From contig CAKKRH010000006.1 in assembly GCA_919902675.1 (NCBI GenBank), forward strand, positions 42,810 through 106,809: 64,000 bases of DNA, in the 5' to 3' direction. The stretch is from Omnitrophica bacterium GWA2_41_15 (GTDB lineage Bacteria > Omnitrophota > Gorgyraeia > Gygaellales > UBA12090). Each line of letters begins with the position of its first letter. Position 1 is the first letter of the stretch. Below, one piece after another: positions 19,399 to 28,252 of the stretch. The notes below the pieces were generated by a model. That model had not been told where the DNA came from and made no database searches. It saw only the letters and a list, made by a program, of their open reading frames with translations. The position numbers were made by a program, and so were the translations under genes.

Positions 19399-19670
19399 GC
19401 CTCGTGCTTCTTTTAGGCCGCCCAGCGGCCTTTGCAAGCGAGCCCCGCCTACGGGGCGAGCGTAGCAAAAACCACCACTACATACACCACAAAGCGCCAG
19501 CAATGATGATAAGGATTGAATGCGCCAACACGCCATCATCCCCGCCGTTCAGGCGGGGACAGGAGGGGCACAAAAAATATCAGAAACTATAATTTCGTTG
19601 ACGAGCCGTTATTATTGTAGTAATCTTAAATCGAGTAGGATATTTGAAAAATAGCCTTTCGGGTATTCCT
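19399..19670 (-). repeat. Structured repeat family, copy B (inverted relative to A, with a roughly 95-nt extra structured insert)
   Basis: The 94-nt core at 19399-19492 is nearly identical to the reverse complement of 15029-15122. The head module lies at 19612-19670. The extra insert contains an 8-bp GC hairpin (tccccgcc/ggcgggga). Confidence 0.85.
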
Positions 19671-19853
19671 CATACGAAGGGCACCATGTCTTACGGTTAA
19701 CCCCAAAGAGTTAATTTTTTGGGGTAAAGCCAAAAAATAAAGGTGAACTCATCAAACGAAATTCACCTTTTGGTAAATTTCCCGCAAAATTTTCTCTTGC
19801 CCTATAGGGCAAGACGCTTCGGGGAAATACTGCTAAATGGTGCCCCTGGTCTA

Positions 19854-19988
19854 AGGAATGCCCAAAAGGCAATTTGTCAAATAAACTATTCCCTTAAAGA
19901 TTACTACAATCATAATAACTCATCAATGAAATAATGCCTCGCGCCTGGGTCCGGGCTCACTCGGCGCTGCGGCCTGCTGAGCTTTTTA
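19854..19988 (+). repeat. Structured repeat family, copy C (head module, truncated, ending in a hairpin plus T-run)
   Basis: The sequence ggaatgcccaaaaggcaatttgtcaaat...aaagattactacaat...aatgaaataatgcctcgcgcctgggtccgggctcactcggcgc matches copy A. It then ends ...ctgagcttttt. Confidence 0.8.
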
Positions 19989-20065
19989 TTAACAAAACTA
20001 GAGAACTACTAAATTTCCAGCAACGCTAGGTTTTTTTTTGCGCTTAATTCATAGTATTAAAATCG

Positions 20066-20929
20066 CTATGCTAATTCCAAACGCGCTAGTCGTTCTCCAA
20101 TGATCTTAATAAATTGCTCTTGATCTTCTTTTGTGATTTCTGAAGCCTTAATTGTCGATTCCATAACAGTTAAGCTCTTTTGAAACTTTTCGTACCGAAT
20201 TTTTATTGGCACCTTTAAATAATCTGCCAGTTTATCAAAATCATCTCGCTTCAACTCGTTCTTTTTGCCATTGATAGATAAGGCGGAATCTTCTTCAGCA
20301 GGGATAACTAATTTTGAACAGACAATATCGTATGCAGGTGTTAAACGAATAGAATCCTTATCTTTATAGGCGATGGAATAATTTTTTAAATGGGCGTCTC
20401 CATTGCCAATAATAAAATTAAAGACAACTCTTTCAAAAAGCAATTGTGTATCATATCCCGGAGCTGTTGATTTTTCGCTCAATTTTTTCCCAATTTGCTC
20501 AATGGACCCCTTGTATTTGTCTGTTTCTAATATTTGCGAGAAGTCTTCCTGATGGATTTTTACCCCCGATGCCCTATCAAATCTTTTCACGATATATGCC
20601 AAACTTTTATCTTTTAAAGGCAAGATACAATGAGGTGGAACGTCTATCTTAAATTCTGCCGCTATATCCATACAGCACTGTTCATTCTGCGGAATATCTT
20701 GAAAAGCCGGATTTTGTGGTTTTAGTATATGCTCCCCGCCTTCAGCAACAACAATTAGCGAGTTACTCCTTTTGTCAAGTTTTACGGATAATTTTGGCTG
20801 GGTTCCTGAAATAGATAGTTTTCCTGTCAATTGCTGTGCTTTTTGAAATACTTCTCTCAAGCTAAATTCTATTATCGGTAATTCAGAAGCACCAAACATC
20901 TCTTTTATAAGCTTTCTGCTCATTTCCAT
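20066..20929 (-). CDS. hipT: HipT-like Ser/Thr kinase toxin (HipA core without N-subdomain 1)
   Basis: Catalytic loop IGNGDAHLKNYS, and SISGTQPKLS (P-loop-like). The start MEMSRKL at 20929 lies 3 nt after the hipS stop. Confidence 0.8.
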   Translation of the reverse strand: MEMSRKLIKEMFGASELPIIEFSLREVFQKAQQLTGKLSISGTQPKLSVKLDKRSNSLIVVAEGGEHILKPQNPAFQDIPQNEQCCMDIAAEFKIDVPPHCILPLKDKSLAYIVKRFDRASGVKIHQEDFSQILETDKYKGSIEQIGKKLSEKSTAPGYDTQLLFERVVFNFIIGNGDAHLKNYSIAYKDKDSIRLTPAYDIVCSKLVIPAEEDSALSINGKKNELKRDDFDKLADYLKVPIKIRYEKFQKSLTVMESTIKASEITKEDQEQFIKIIGERLARLELA

Positions 20930-20931
20930 CT

Positions 20932-21258
20932 TTATTTTGTTTTCCTTACAGTCACAGCTCCAATCGTATCTCCGCTGGCAGTAGAAAGCAGTACTCCAAA
21001 TGAATCTTCCCTGTCGATTTTTTGAGTAGCAGCAACAATATCTAAATACCAACCCTCAGGTAAAAGCCCCTTAAAGAAAGGAAATAGTTCTTTAGATTTG
21101 TAAGGTTCCTCTCTAAGAGGTAATGACAGCGAAATAGGCGTATTCTTTTTTAGGAACTCTTTATTGTATTCAAAGATATACCCTGTACTTGTTTCTATAA
21201 TTTCTCCTGCCAAATCGTCATTGTAAAAAACTTGTCCTTTTCTAATTTCCGCGGTCAT
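20932..21258 (-). CDS. hipS: HipS-like protein (stand-alone HipA N-terminal subdomain 1)
   Basis: 108 aa. The sequence VFYNDDLAGEI...YIFEYNKEFL...PISLSLPL...LFPFFKGLLPEGW is the HipA N-terminal coupling domain. Confidence 0.8.
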   Translation of the reverse strand: MTAEIRKGQVFYNDDLAGEIIETSTGYIFEYNKEFLKKNTPISLSLPLREEPYKSKELFPFFKGLLPEGWYLDIVAATQKIDREDSFGVLLSTASGDTIGAVTVRKTK

Positions 21259-21272
21259 ATTTTACTTTGAAT

Positions 21273-21506
21273 TTAAATTTCTACCCTGGAACTAGGTTTT
21301 ATGTTTTCATTACGCGTCAACTCTAGATGAAATCCTAAGAAATCCAGAACTTGATTAAGTTTATCTAATCTAATAGTGGTCTTTCCTCTCTCGAGTTCTC
21401 TTAAGAAACGTAAACCAACTCCAACTCTTTTTGCAAAATCAATTTGAGTTAGGCCTAATTTCTTCCGTAGATTTCTAATCTGTATATTCATTGGAGTCTG
21501 ATCCAT
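21273..21506 (-). CDS. hipB: HipB-like XRE-family HTH protein
   Basis: HTH sequence IRNLRKKLGLTQIDFAKRVGVGLRFLRELERGK. The start is probably MDQTP (21506) or MNIQ (21491). Confidence 0.8.
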   Translation of the reverse strand: MDQTPMNIQIRNLRKKLGLTQIDFAKRVGVGLRFLRELERGKTTIRLDKLNQVLDFLGFHLELTRNENIKPSSRVEI

Positions 21507-21516
21507 GGTAGTAAAA

Positions 21517-21660
21517 TATACCACCTTTCGGGTATAATTGCAAGCTTTTTTTAATATTTTTATACCCGATTGGGATAAATTATATTAATATATACCCTTA
21601 AGGGTATAGCTAACAGAAATTTAAATTCTAAATATACTATTTTATACCACTTAGGGTATA
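21517..21660. promoter_or_regulatory. Four TATACC-N-GGGTATA operator palindromes upstream of hipBST
   Basis: The four sites are tataccacctttcgggtata (21517-36), tatacccgattgggata (21561-77), tatacccttaagggtata (21591-608, perfect) and tataccacttagggtata (21643-60). Confidence 0.7.
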
Positions 21661-21759
21661 ATTATTGCAAAAGGAAGAGCAGAAAAGGCAGAAAAGCAGG
21701 TAAGAAAAGGGGTCACACCTATTTTTATCATTTGCGTAGGCGTAACCCCTACTAAGGCT

Positions 21760-21945
21760 ATGAAGGCAGGCAACTATACACTTATCCCCGAAGAAGGCTG
21801 CCCTGCCGGTTATCAGCCCAATATGATAAGATGTGAAGATAGCTACACTTGGTGTGAGTCAATAAAAAATACTTCAGAGGCAACAACCGACCAAAGCGCG
21901 AATCCATCGCCGCGACAACCCGCGCCCGCGGCTGATAATAACTAA
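21760..21945 (+). CDS. Hypothetical 61-aa Cys-containing protein (doubtful)
   Basis: ORF only. No recognisable domain and a low-complexity Pro/Ala tail. Confidence 0.2.
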   Translation: MKAGNYTLIPEEGCPAGYQPNMIRCEDSYTWCESIKNTSEATTDQSANPSPRQPAPAADNN

Positions 21946-22038
21946 CAACTTCCCCCCTCCTGCCCTTTTCTCATAATCTCCCAAAAAAATTGCACGAAAA
22001 CAACCTCTTTATACGTCTTATATAGTAAGAGGTGGAAA

Positions 22039-22569
22039 ATGAATATAAGTAGCCTGATTTCCGCGGAAACAATAGCCGCAAAGATTATAATTGTAAGAGA
22101 CAAAAGAGTTATGCTGGATAGGGATTTAGCGCAACTTTACGGGGTTGAAACAAGGGCATTAAACCAAGCTGTGAAAAGGAATATATCCCGCTTCCCGGAG
22201 GATTTTATGCTTTCTCTAACCCGGGAGGAGATTTTAAGGATATCACAATTTGTGATATCCTTAAAATTCTCTAAAACCGCATATGCCTTTACCGAACAAG
22301 GTGTATCTATGCTTTCCAGCGTTTTAAACAGCGAAAGAGCTATACAAGTCAACATTCTGATTATGCGCGCCTTCACCAGGTTAAGAGAAATTCTTCTCAC
22401 GCATAAAGACTTGGCAATAAAGATTGAAGCGCTGGAGAAGAAATACACCGAACACGATCAGACCATAAAGACGATATTTGGGGCAATCAAGCAACTTCTT
22501 GAGCCGCTACCGGAAAAACCAAAGCCGCGAATCGGGTTTCGCTCTTATGAAGAGCCTACGAGGAGGTAA
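22039..22569 (+). CDS. ORF6N (KilA-N-related) DNA-binding domain protein
   Basis: N-terminus is IIIVRDKRVMLDRDLAQLYGVETRALNQAVKRNISRFPEDFMLSLT. An RBS (agaggtgg) lies upstream. Confidence 0.75.
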   Translation: MNISSLISAETIAAKIIIVRDKRVMLDRDLAQLYGVETRALNQAVKRNISRFPEDFMLSLTREEILRISQFVISLKFSKTAYAFTEQGVSMLSSVLNSERAIQVNILIMRAFTRLREILLTHKDLAIKIEALEKKYTEHDQTIKTIFGAIKQLLEPLPEKPKPRIGFRSYEEPTRR

Positions 22570-22573
22570 AAAT

Positions 22574-23077
22574 ATGGCTTACTTGATTTCTACAGAACTA
22601 ATAACCAGTAAAATCTTTGTGCTAAGGGGTAAAAAGATAATGTTGGATAGAGATTTAGCCCTGCTTTATAGTGTAACAACTAAACGGCTAAATGAACAGG
22701 TAAGGAGAAATATGAAACGGTTTCCTGGGGATTTTATGTTTCAATTAACAAAAACCGAGAAAAATGAACTGGTCGCAATTTGCGACCGGTTCGATTCTAT
22801 GAAACATTCAACGGTTTTACCTTATGCCTTTACCGAACAAGGCGTAGCTATGCTCTCAAGCGTCCTAAACAGCGAACGCGCAATAATGGTCAATATACAA
22901 ATAATGCGGGCATTTATTCAACTAAAACGGTTGCTATTAACCAACGTAGACCTCAGGCGCAAGATTGAGGAAATGGAAAAGAAATACGACAAGCAGTTTG
23001 CCATAGTCTTTCAGGCCATTAAGCAATTACTGGAGCCGCCACCAGCAAAGCCGAAGCCGCGAATTGGGTTTCGTTAG
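22574..23077 (+). CDS. ORF6N domain protein, tandem paralog
   Basis: Starts at MAYLIS after the RBS gaggagg. It has the same architecture as the upstream gene and the same C-terminus (LLEPPPAKPKPRIGFR). Confidence 0.75.
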   Translation: MAYLISTELITSKIFVLRGKKIMLDRDLALLYSVTTKRLNEQVRRNMKRFPGDFMFQLTKTEKNELVAICDRFDSMKHSTVLPYAFTEQGVAMLSSVLNSERAIMVNIQIMRAFIQLKRLLLTNVDLRRKIEEMEKKYDKQFAIVFQAIKQLLEPPPAKPKPRIGFR

Positions 23078-23084
23078 GTCAGCG

Positions 23085-23879
23085 TCAGACTCTAACACTG
23101 TTTAGATATGCCTTCCAAATCTCGTCCAGGGCAACGGCTGCGCCAAGGTTTATTTTAATATCCACCAGGCGCGAGAGCTCGGTTGGGGCGGGGTTTATTT
23201 CTATGGTGGGGCGCTTCAGGCGCTTGGCTTCAATTATCGGCTGTTGGATATAAGGAAAGACGCTGGTGGTGCCTATGGAAAAATAGATATCAAAACCTTG
23301 GGCAAGCTCTTCGGATAAAACCTGGCATTCATAATCCGGGAGCATCTCGCCGAAAAAAACCACCTCCGGTCTGACCACACCTTTACATTCAGGACAAAGC
23401 GGCGGGATTTGAGTAATACGGCTATAATCCTTGACTGTGGAGCGCCAGGGACATCGCGGACAGCGTAATTTACGCATATTCCCGTGAATCTCAATGACAT
23501 TCTTTGAGCCGGCATCACTATGGAAACCATCAATATTCTGGGTTAAGACCCAGACCCGCTTAAAATGCCTTTCCATCTCGGCAATCACCTGATGGGCCCG
23601 GTTAAACTTGGCCTGGCGGCAATTCTTTTCTATTTGTGAGAGGTATTTCCAGGTAATCTCAGGGTAGCTCTGTAATGTTTCACCGGCTAAAGCGATTTCT
23701 ATGGGGATGCCGTCTTCCGTAGCCTTATCATTATACAACCCGCCTATGCCCCGGTAAGTAGGCAGTCCGGAGTCGGCCGAAACTCCCGCGCCGGTAATAA
23801 AAAGGATGTTTTGACAGCCTTTAAGCAGTTGGATAACCTTTCTTATATTTTCCGACTCTGCAATATCAATAACCATCAA
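23085..23879 (-). CDS. cobB: NAD-dependent protein deacylase, Sir2/CobB family
   Basis: Motifs GAGVSADSGLPTYRG and QNIDGFH. Zn-ribbon CPRC...CPEC. Confidence 0.85.
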   Translation of the reverse strand: MMVIDIAESENIRKVIQLLKGCQNILFITGAGVSADSGLPTYRGIGGLYNDKATEDGIPIEIALAGETLQSYPEITWKYLSQIEKNCRQAKFNRAHQVIAEMERHFKRVWVLTQNIDGFHSDAGSKNVIEIHGNMRKLRCPRCPWRSTVKDYSRITQIPPLCPECKGVVRPEVVFFGEMLPDYECQVLSEELAQGFDIYFSIGTTSVFPYIQQPIIEAKRLKRPTIEINPAPTELSRLVDIKINLGAAVALDEIWKAYLNSVRV

Positions 23880-24333
23880 TACTCACCTTATCCCCTATTT
23901 CAATTTTATTCCTCCGGCAAAATCCCGCGTCCACCTCTAAAGCATATAACGCCTTAGCGTGAGGCTCAAAGATTTCACAGCTTTTTTCTCTATCCCCTCC
24001 GGTAAAACTTTCGCAGATCTCCTGGCAAGGAGAAAGATCGGGCTTTATATCAACAACCATTTTACCCTTGTCAATCCAGATAATATCTATGGGAAATTTC
24101 ATATTCTTCATCCAGAAGCCGTATCGGCCTTCGGCTTCAAAGACAAAAAGCATCCCCTGGCCCTGGGGCAGATTTTCCTTGAACATCAGCCCCTGCTGTC
24201 TGGCGGCATCGGTATCCACAACTTCCGCCCTGACACAGGCATCCTTAATACAAACCTTCTTAAGCGCCTCCTGGCTTAAGACATAAGAAAGGCAATTTAA
24301 AGAAAATATAAAAAACAGGGTAAATGCTCTCAT
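23866..24333 (-). CDS. DUF192 domain secreted protein
   Basis: Signal peptide MRAFTLFFIFSL, with the start taken at 24333. DUF192 core GMLFVF...FWMKNMKFPIDIIWID. Confidence 0.7.
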   Translation of the reverse strand: MRAFTLFFIFSLNCLSYVLSQEALKKVCIKDACVRAEVVDTDAARQQGLMFKENLPQGQGMLFVFEAEGRYGFWMKNMKFPIDIIWIDKGKMVVDIKPDLSPCQEICESFTGGDREKSCEIFEPHAKALYALEVDAGFCRRNKIEIGDKVSIDGY

Positions 24334-24411
24334 TTTGAAGATGTTTAAAATCAATAAGTTATGTTATAATTATTATACTACAAAATTTTTGGGAATAAAA
24401 CCGGAAGTTTT
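24324..24411 (+). repeat. 88-bp perfect direct repeat, copy 1 (partner at 31649-31736)
   Basis: Compared base by base and found identical. It contains an extended -10 (tgtTATAAT, 24365-70). Weaker homology continues to about 24470. Confidence 0.9.
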
Positions 24412-24425
24412 CACGTACCGTCTAA

Positions 24426-24491
24426 ATGAAAAGACGGAAAGCAGGGGAAGATTTAAATTTAATTAATGCCACTGTGCGCGGAATTTCTTAA
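24426..24491 (+). pseudogene. Remnant of an ECF sigma factor 5' end
   Basis: The 21-codon ORF MKRRKAGEDLNLINATVRGIS parallels MPEDLELINRFLSG of the intact gene at 31767. DNA match: gaagatttaaatttaattaa versus gaagacttagaattaattaa. Confidence 0.5.
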
Positions 24492-24499
24492 GTAAGCTA

Positions 24500-26263
24500 T
24501 CAATATTCCACTTCCAGAAATTTAGGCGCGTTTTCTGATTCAAGAATAATTGATGTATTCACGATGACGCTTGAAATATTTCCATAAATATCAGTCAAGG
24601 TTACTTTTGCCGGTTTTTTGCTTAGAGGCAAGCCATGCCTGATTATCTTGTTATCAAAAGCGATAGTCTGCCCTGTTTTGTATTCAAACGGCTTGAAGAA
24701 AATATACAACTCCTTATTATCACCTAAGTGAAATTTCTCTATCCATGCCTGATTTTCGTCATCAAATTCACCACTGACGCGAGAAACCCAATTATATTGA
24801 TTGAGTTTATCCAAAAGAATAGAAACGGCTTTTACGGTATGCGTGATTGATCCGTCTGCATTCAATGACGCCCATAAGAATTCTCCCTTATTCCCGCGAG
24901 AAGCGATTTTAAGAGGGAAGATTCCCGCTAATACGCTTTTGTTATTAGATCGCAGTGTTTTTTTAAGTAATAATTCCTGTACCATATACGCCGACTCTAA
25001 CTTATCTTCCTCTACCGTAAAAAATGGCTTGCCCGGAAATATTCCCGTATGCTCCATATCTATAATTAATCTGTCTTCCCAGCCATTATCATTAAGTTTC
25101 TCGCGAATCACCAGGAGACCATAAATACCGGCATATTTGTTATATTTGGCCTTTTTATTCGGAGGATAGACAGTGGGCGTGTCCATAATTACAGTTGGAT
25201 ATCCATGGAACGCCCAAAAATCGAATTTCGCTCCGTTATTTTTATCCAGAAAATATTCTATCTGACGCACCGCCTTGCCGCCTCCTGTTGAATTCTCTCC
25301 GGAGGCGTCATTCCAATATTCAAAACCCGGAGTTCCCACCATAATATCCGGATATTTATTTTTTATGCGATCATAGGTTTTGTTAGATAAATCCAACAGC
25401 TGTTTTTCGCTACCATTCCACCAAAAAGCGGGAGAATTCACTAGTTCAATATACTTAATCCTGGCGTCATTTTTATATCTTGAAACAAACCAATCCGCGA
25501 AATCAACAAAATTATCAATGTCTGAACTATCAATAGTTTTATCTTCGTTATCATGGGAAAGCATCGGGACCATACTCCAATTGTTTTCCTTGAATAATTT
25601 TACCGCCGCATCTAAATCATATTGTTTTACGCAAACAGACTGAGAAGGCATACAAATCTTTGCGGTAAAAGTCTCACCCTCCCTAGTAACCATCGGCAAC
25701 TGTAATCGCATTTTTACATAATTGATTTTTAATGTTTCATTTATGACGCCTTTAGTTTGGTCTATTACATTGGGATACGTTTCCGTCCCCCACAGAAATC
25801 CGTCGGCGTCAACACTGTTGTCACCGTAGCTGCCGGAAGAAGTAACCGAAGATTTCGAAGCGTTCAGGCAATCCGCGCAAACCCCTCTTTCTCTCTCAAT
25901 ATCCTGGCATATCCCATCGCCGCATTTGCCCGTTTCAAGCTGCGCGAAGGCTGGTTTCGACTGGTTATGTGATCCTTCTTCCATGCTTTCCAGATGATGA
26001 GGTTTTCCTTCTTTTGACGCTTCTTCAAAACTGATAAACCTGTCTCTGTCAAGACGCCCAAAGATATCGTCCGGTCCGGGAAATTCTTCCCGAGAAACCA
26101 TTCCATCCTGATTTTTATCTAAATCTTTTATAAACTCGTCTTTATTTCTCTGCGATTGAGCGAAGGCGAATTTATAAAGAATCGCAAAAGAGTTAATGCC
26201 AGAAACAATGATTGTAACCACAATAATTGAGATAATTAGTTTGTTCATCTCTAAAAAAACCAC
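24500..26263 (-). CDS. Secreted protein with an EF-hand-like loop, a KCGDGIC Cys motif and a putative glycoside-hydrolase-like TIM-barrel region
   Basis: Signal anchor. DKNQDGMVSREEF. GKCGDGICQDIERERGVCADC. The hydrolase assignment is a weak impression from the sequence only. Confidence 0.35.
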   Translation of the reverse strand: MVFLEMNKLIISIIVVTIIVSGINSFAILYKFAFAQSQRNKDEFIKDLDKNQDGMVSREEFPGPDDIFGRLDRDRFISFEEASKEGKPHHLESMEEGSHNQSKPAFAQLETGKCGDGICQDIERERGVCADCLNASKSSVTSSGSYGDNSVDADGFLWGTETYPNVIDQTKGVINETLKINYVKMRLQLPMVTREGETFTAKICMPSQSVCVKQYDLDAAVKLFKENNWSMVPMLSHDNEDKTIDSSDIDNFVDFADWFVSRYKNDARIKYIELVNSPAFWWNGSEKQLLDLSNKTYDRIKNKYPDIMVGTPGFEYWNDASGENSTGGGKAVRQIEYFLDKNNGAKFDFWAFHGYPTVIMDTPTVYPPNKKAKYNKYAGIYGLLVIREKLNDNGWEDRLIIDMEHTGIFPGKPFFTVEEDKLESAYMVQELLLKKTLRSNNKSVLAGIFPLKIASRGNKGEFLWASLNADGSITHTVKAVSILLDKLNQYNWVSRVSGEFDDENQAWIEKFHLGDNKELYIFFKPFEYKTGQTIAFDNKIIRHGLPLSKKPAKVTLTDIYGNISSVIVNTSIILESENAPKFLEVEY

Positions 26264-26365
26264 TCTTCGCTGATACTAGCGATAGTTGCTCATCTTAAAC
26301 TTTCTACCAGACAGAAAAGGCCGGGATGGTTCTCTGTCCCGGCCTTTTCTGATAAAGTTACTCTT

Positions 26366-27247
26366 TTAACGTCTTCCGCCGCGTCCGCCTCCCTGGCCGC
26401 CGCCTCTATGTGCTCCACCTCCGGCAGGCGCGGATTTGTTTCCCTTGGGAGCTGAAACATCTGCTCTATGTTCACCGCCTTGCCCCCGTCCGGCACCGAT
26501 ACCCGCGCCATAATCCCTTACGCCGCGGTCTTGATGCGCCTGAACCCTATCTCCAAAATTTTCTTTTCCATCGCGAAAATTCTCGCGCCTATCCTGAACA
26601 TTTTCCCGGTGATCCCGGACATCTTCCCGGCGATCCCTTACGTCTTCACGCCGGTCGCGGACATCTTCTAACTTGTCTCTGCGATAAGCCTCGGTTCCAG
26701 GCGGAGGATTGTGCGTGGCATCCCAAGCATCTTCCCTACGGTCCGCCACATTCTCTCGCCGATCACGAATATCCTCGCGTCTATCAATAACATCTTCCCT
26801 TTTGTCGGCTGATAAGGGAGGTAAACCCGCGTCCTTTCGCACCCCGCCAACATCAGAGCGCAGTTCTTTTTCATATCCGTTCAATTGTTCTACAGCCGCG
26901 TTTCTCTCTTTAACATTATCCTGGCGTGTAGTCTTTAATTGTTCTTGCAGGCTCTTCACCATCTCGGTATCACCTGATTTCGCGGCTTCCTGAATCTGTT
27001 CTACTAATGCTTTCTCTTCCTCTCTGGCTGTCTTACCGGCTTCTTTCATTGAATCCAACTGAGTTTTAATCTGTTCCTTATCCGAACCAATTTCGCTCTT
27101 CCAATCTGTAGTCGTTTCCGCGCTTTCTTCCGCACTCACGTCTTCCGCTGTCTCTGTTGCTGTCTGCTCCTGGGCAAATACGGCAGATTGTATGCCGTAA
27201 AAAATAAATATACCCAGAACACTTAAAAACATAATCAACTTCTTCAT
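26366..27247 (-). CDS. Secreted charged-repeat protein (RREDVRD heptads, Gly/Arg-rich tail)
   Basis: Signal peptide. DRREDIRDRRENVADRREDAWD...RREDVRDRREDVRDRREDVRDHRENVQDRRENFRD. The underlying DNA has a 21-nt period. Confidence 0.5.
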   Translation of the reverse strand: MKKLIMFLSVLGIFIFYGIQSAVFAQEQTATETAEDVSAEESAETTTDWKSEIGSDKEQIKTQLDSMKEAGKTAREEEKALVEQIQEAAKSGDTEMVKSLQEQLKTTRQDNVKERNAAVEQLNGYEKELRSDVGGVRKDAGLPPLSADKREDVIDRREDIRDRRENVADRREDAWDATHNPPPGTEAYRRDKLEDVRDRREDVRDRREDVRDHRENVQDRRENFRDGKENFGDRVQAHQDRGVRDYGAGIGAGRGQGGEHRADVSAPKGNKSAPAGGGAHRGGGQGGGRGGRR

Positions 27248-27369
27248 TTTTACTCCTTTCTTTTAGTCAGGCTTCTCTTGCCCGGAGAAACACTATTCTC
27301 CGTTTCTTTGGCTGATAAACCCAGCTTGCTCTTTCTTATATAAACACCCTGCTTCTAAAAAAGTTTCGC

Positions 27370-27972
27370 TCATCTGCGCATATTTCTTCTGGGGCCGCCT
27401 CGCGGGGGCGGCGGTTGCCTCTTAGGAGAATTCTTATTTCCGCGCTCTTCATTAAGCCTGTTTTTTTCTCTCTTTGGCAATTCCTGCCACTTCTTTTGCC
27501 TTTCAGAAAATTCCTGACGTTCTTGAGGATTCATCTTAAGAATCTTTTCGTCTTTCAGGCGAAGCGCCTGTTTTTTATCCAGAGGCAATTTCTGCCACTT
27601 CTTGTGATTATTAAAAAGCTCCTGGCGCTTATCCAAAGGCAGATTATTTATCTTACGCCAGTTCTCTCTTAACATTTCCTGTTTGTCCAAAGGCAATTTC
27701 TTAAAACGCTCGGAGTTTTCACGCAGTTTACGTCTTTCCTCTTCCGGCATATTTTTCAGAACTTCATATCTTTGCCGCAATTTTTCTTTATCTTCAGGGG
27801 TTAAATTATTCCATTTTTCTATCGAAGCCTTATCCGGACCGCCCTGATCTATCTCTGCCGGCGCTTGTTTATCCTCTGCCTCCGAAGGCTGACCCTGGGC
27901 CAAAACCGGGTTCATCTTCAATACTATAACCAAAGTAAAGATAAATAAAAACTTAACCGTTATCTTCTTCAT
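27370..27972 (-). CDS. DUF3106-like periplasmic repeat protein
   Basis: Signal peptide. Repeated W..L(P/T)..(K/E)..L units (KWNNLTPEDKEKL, FKKLPLDKQEML, WRKINNLPLDKRQEL, WQKLPLDKKQAL). Confidence 0.55.
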   Translation of the reverse strand: MKKITVKFLFIFTLVIVLKMNPVLAQGQPSEAEDKQAPAEIDQGGPDKASIEKWNNLTPEDKEKLRQRYEVLKNMPEEERRKLRENSERFKKLPLDKQEMLRENWRKINNLPLDKRQELFNNHKKWQKLPLDKKQALRLKDEKILKMNPQERQEFSERQKKWQELPKREKNRLNEERGNKNSPKRQPPPPRGGPRRNMRR

Positions 27973-28207
27973 GGGCATCATCCCCTTTAATTTGTGAACC
28001 TTCCGCGTCTTTTGTTGTTTCGTAATTCTCCGCCAAGTCCAAGCTCTCCAACAGTTCCATCTCTTCTAAAACATCCAAATTCCGGACAATTTCAATATCC
28101 TCCGCGGATACGCCCCCTACCGAATCGTCTTGCCCTATCACCGGAACACTCACCAAACCTATCAATAAAACTAAAAAGGCGGTATCTATTTTTTGTCGGG
28201 TAGACAT
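27953..28207 (-). CDS. Small secreted acidic protein
   Basis: 84 aa with a signal-like N-terminus and an acidic C-terminal half. No recognisable domain. Confidence 0.35.
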   Translation of the reverse strand: MSTRQKIDTAFLVLLIGLVSVPVIGQDDSVGGVSAEDIEIVRNLDVLEEMELLESLDLAENYETTKDAEGSQIKGDDAHEEDNG

Positions 28208-28252
28208 CTTAACAACCTTTCTTTTGAGCGGACATAGGCTCTTCGCGCTCTT

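Noticed and set aside
14821-23080. Classical tRNA-Leu-targeted genomic island with att sites.
   Set aside because: No integrase is present, and no direct repeat of the tRNA-Leu 3' end was found downstream. The flanking repeats (A/B/C) do not include tRNA sequence.
23085-23879. Sir2-domain protein considered as a possible anti-phage NADase effector (Thoeris or DSR-like).
   Set aside because: It has the complete sirtuin motifs and the Zn-ribbon of housekeeping CobB-type deacylases. It is small (264 aa), unfused, and has no partner defence genes.
26290-26511. The 73-aa ORF at 26290-26511, and the plus-strand ORFs 26410-26993 overlapping the RREDVRD-repeat gene.
   Set aside because: They are alternative frames of a repetitive, compositionally biased gene. 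The signal-peptide-bearing 293-aa frame is the only plausible product.
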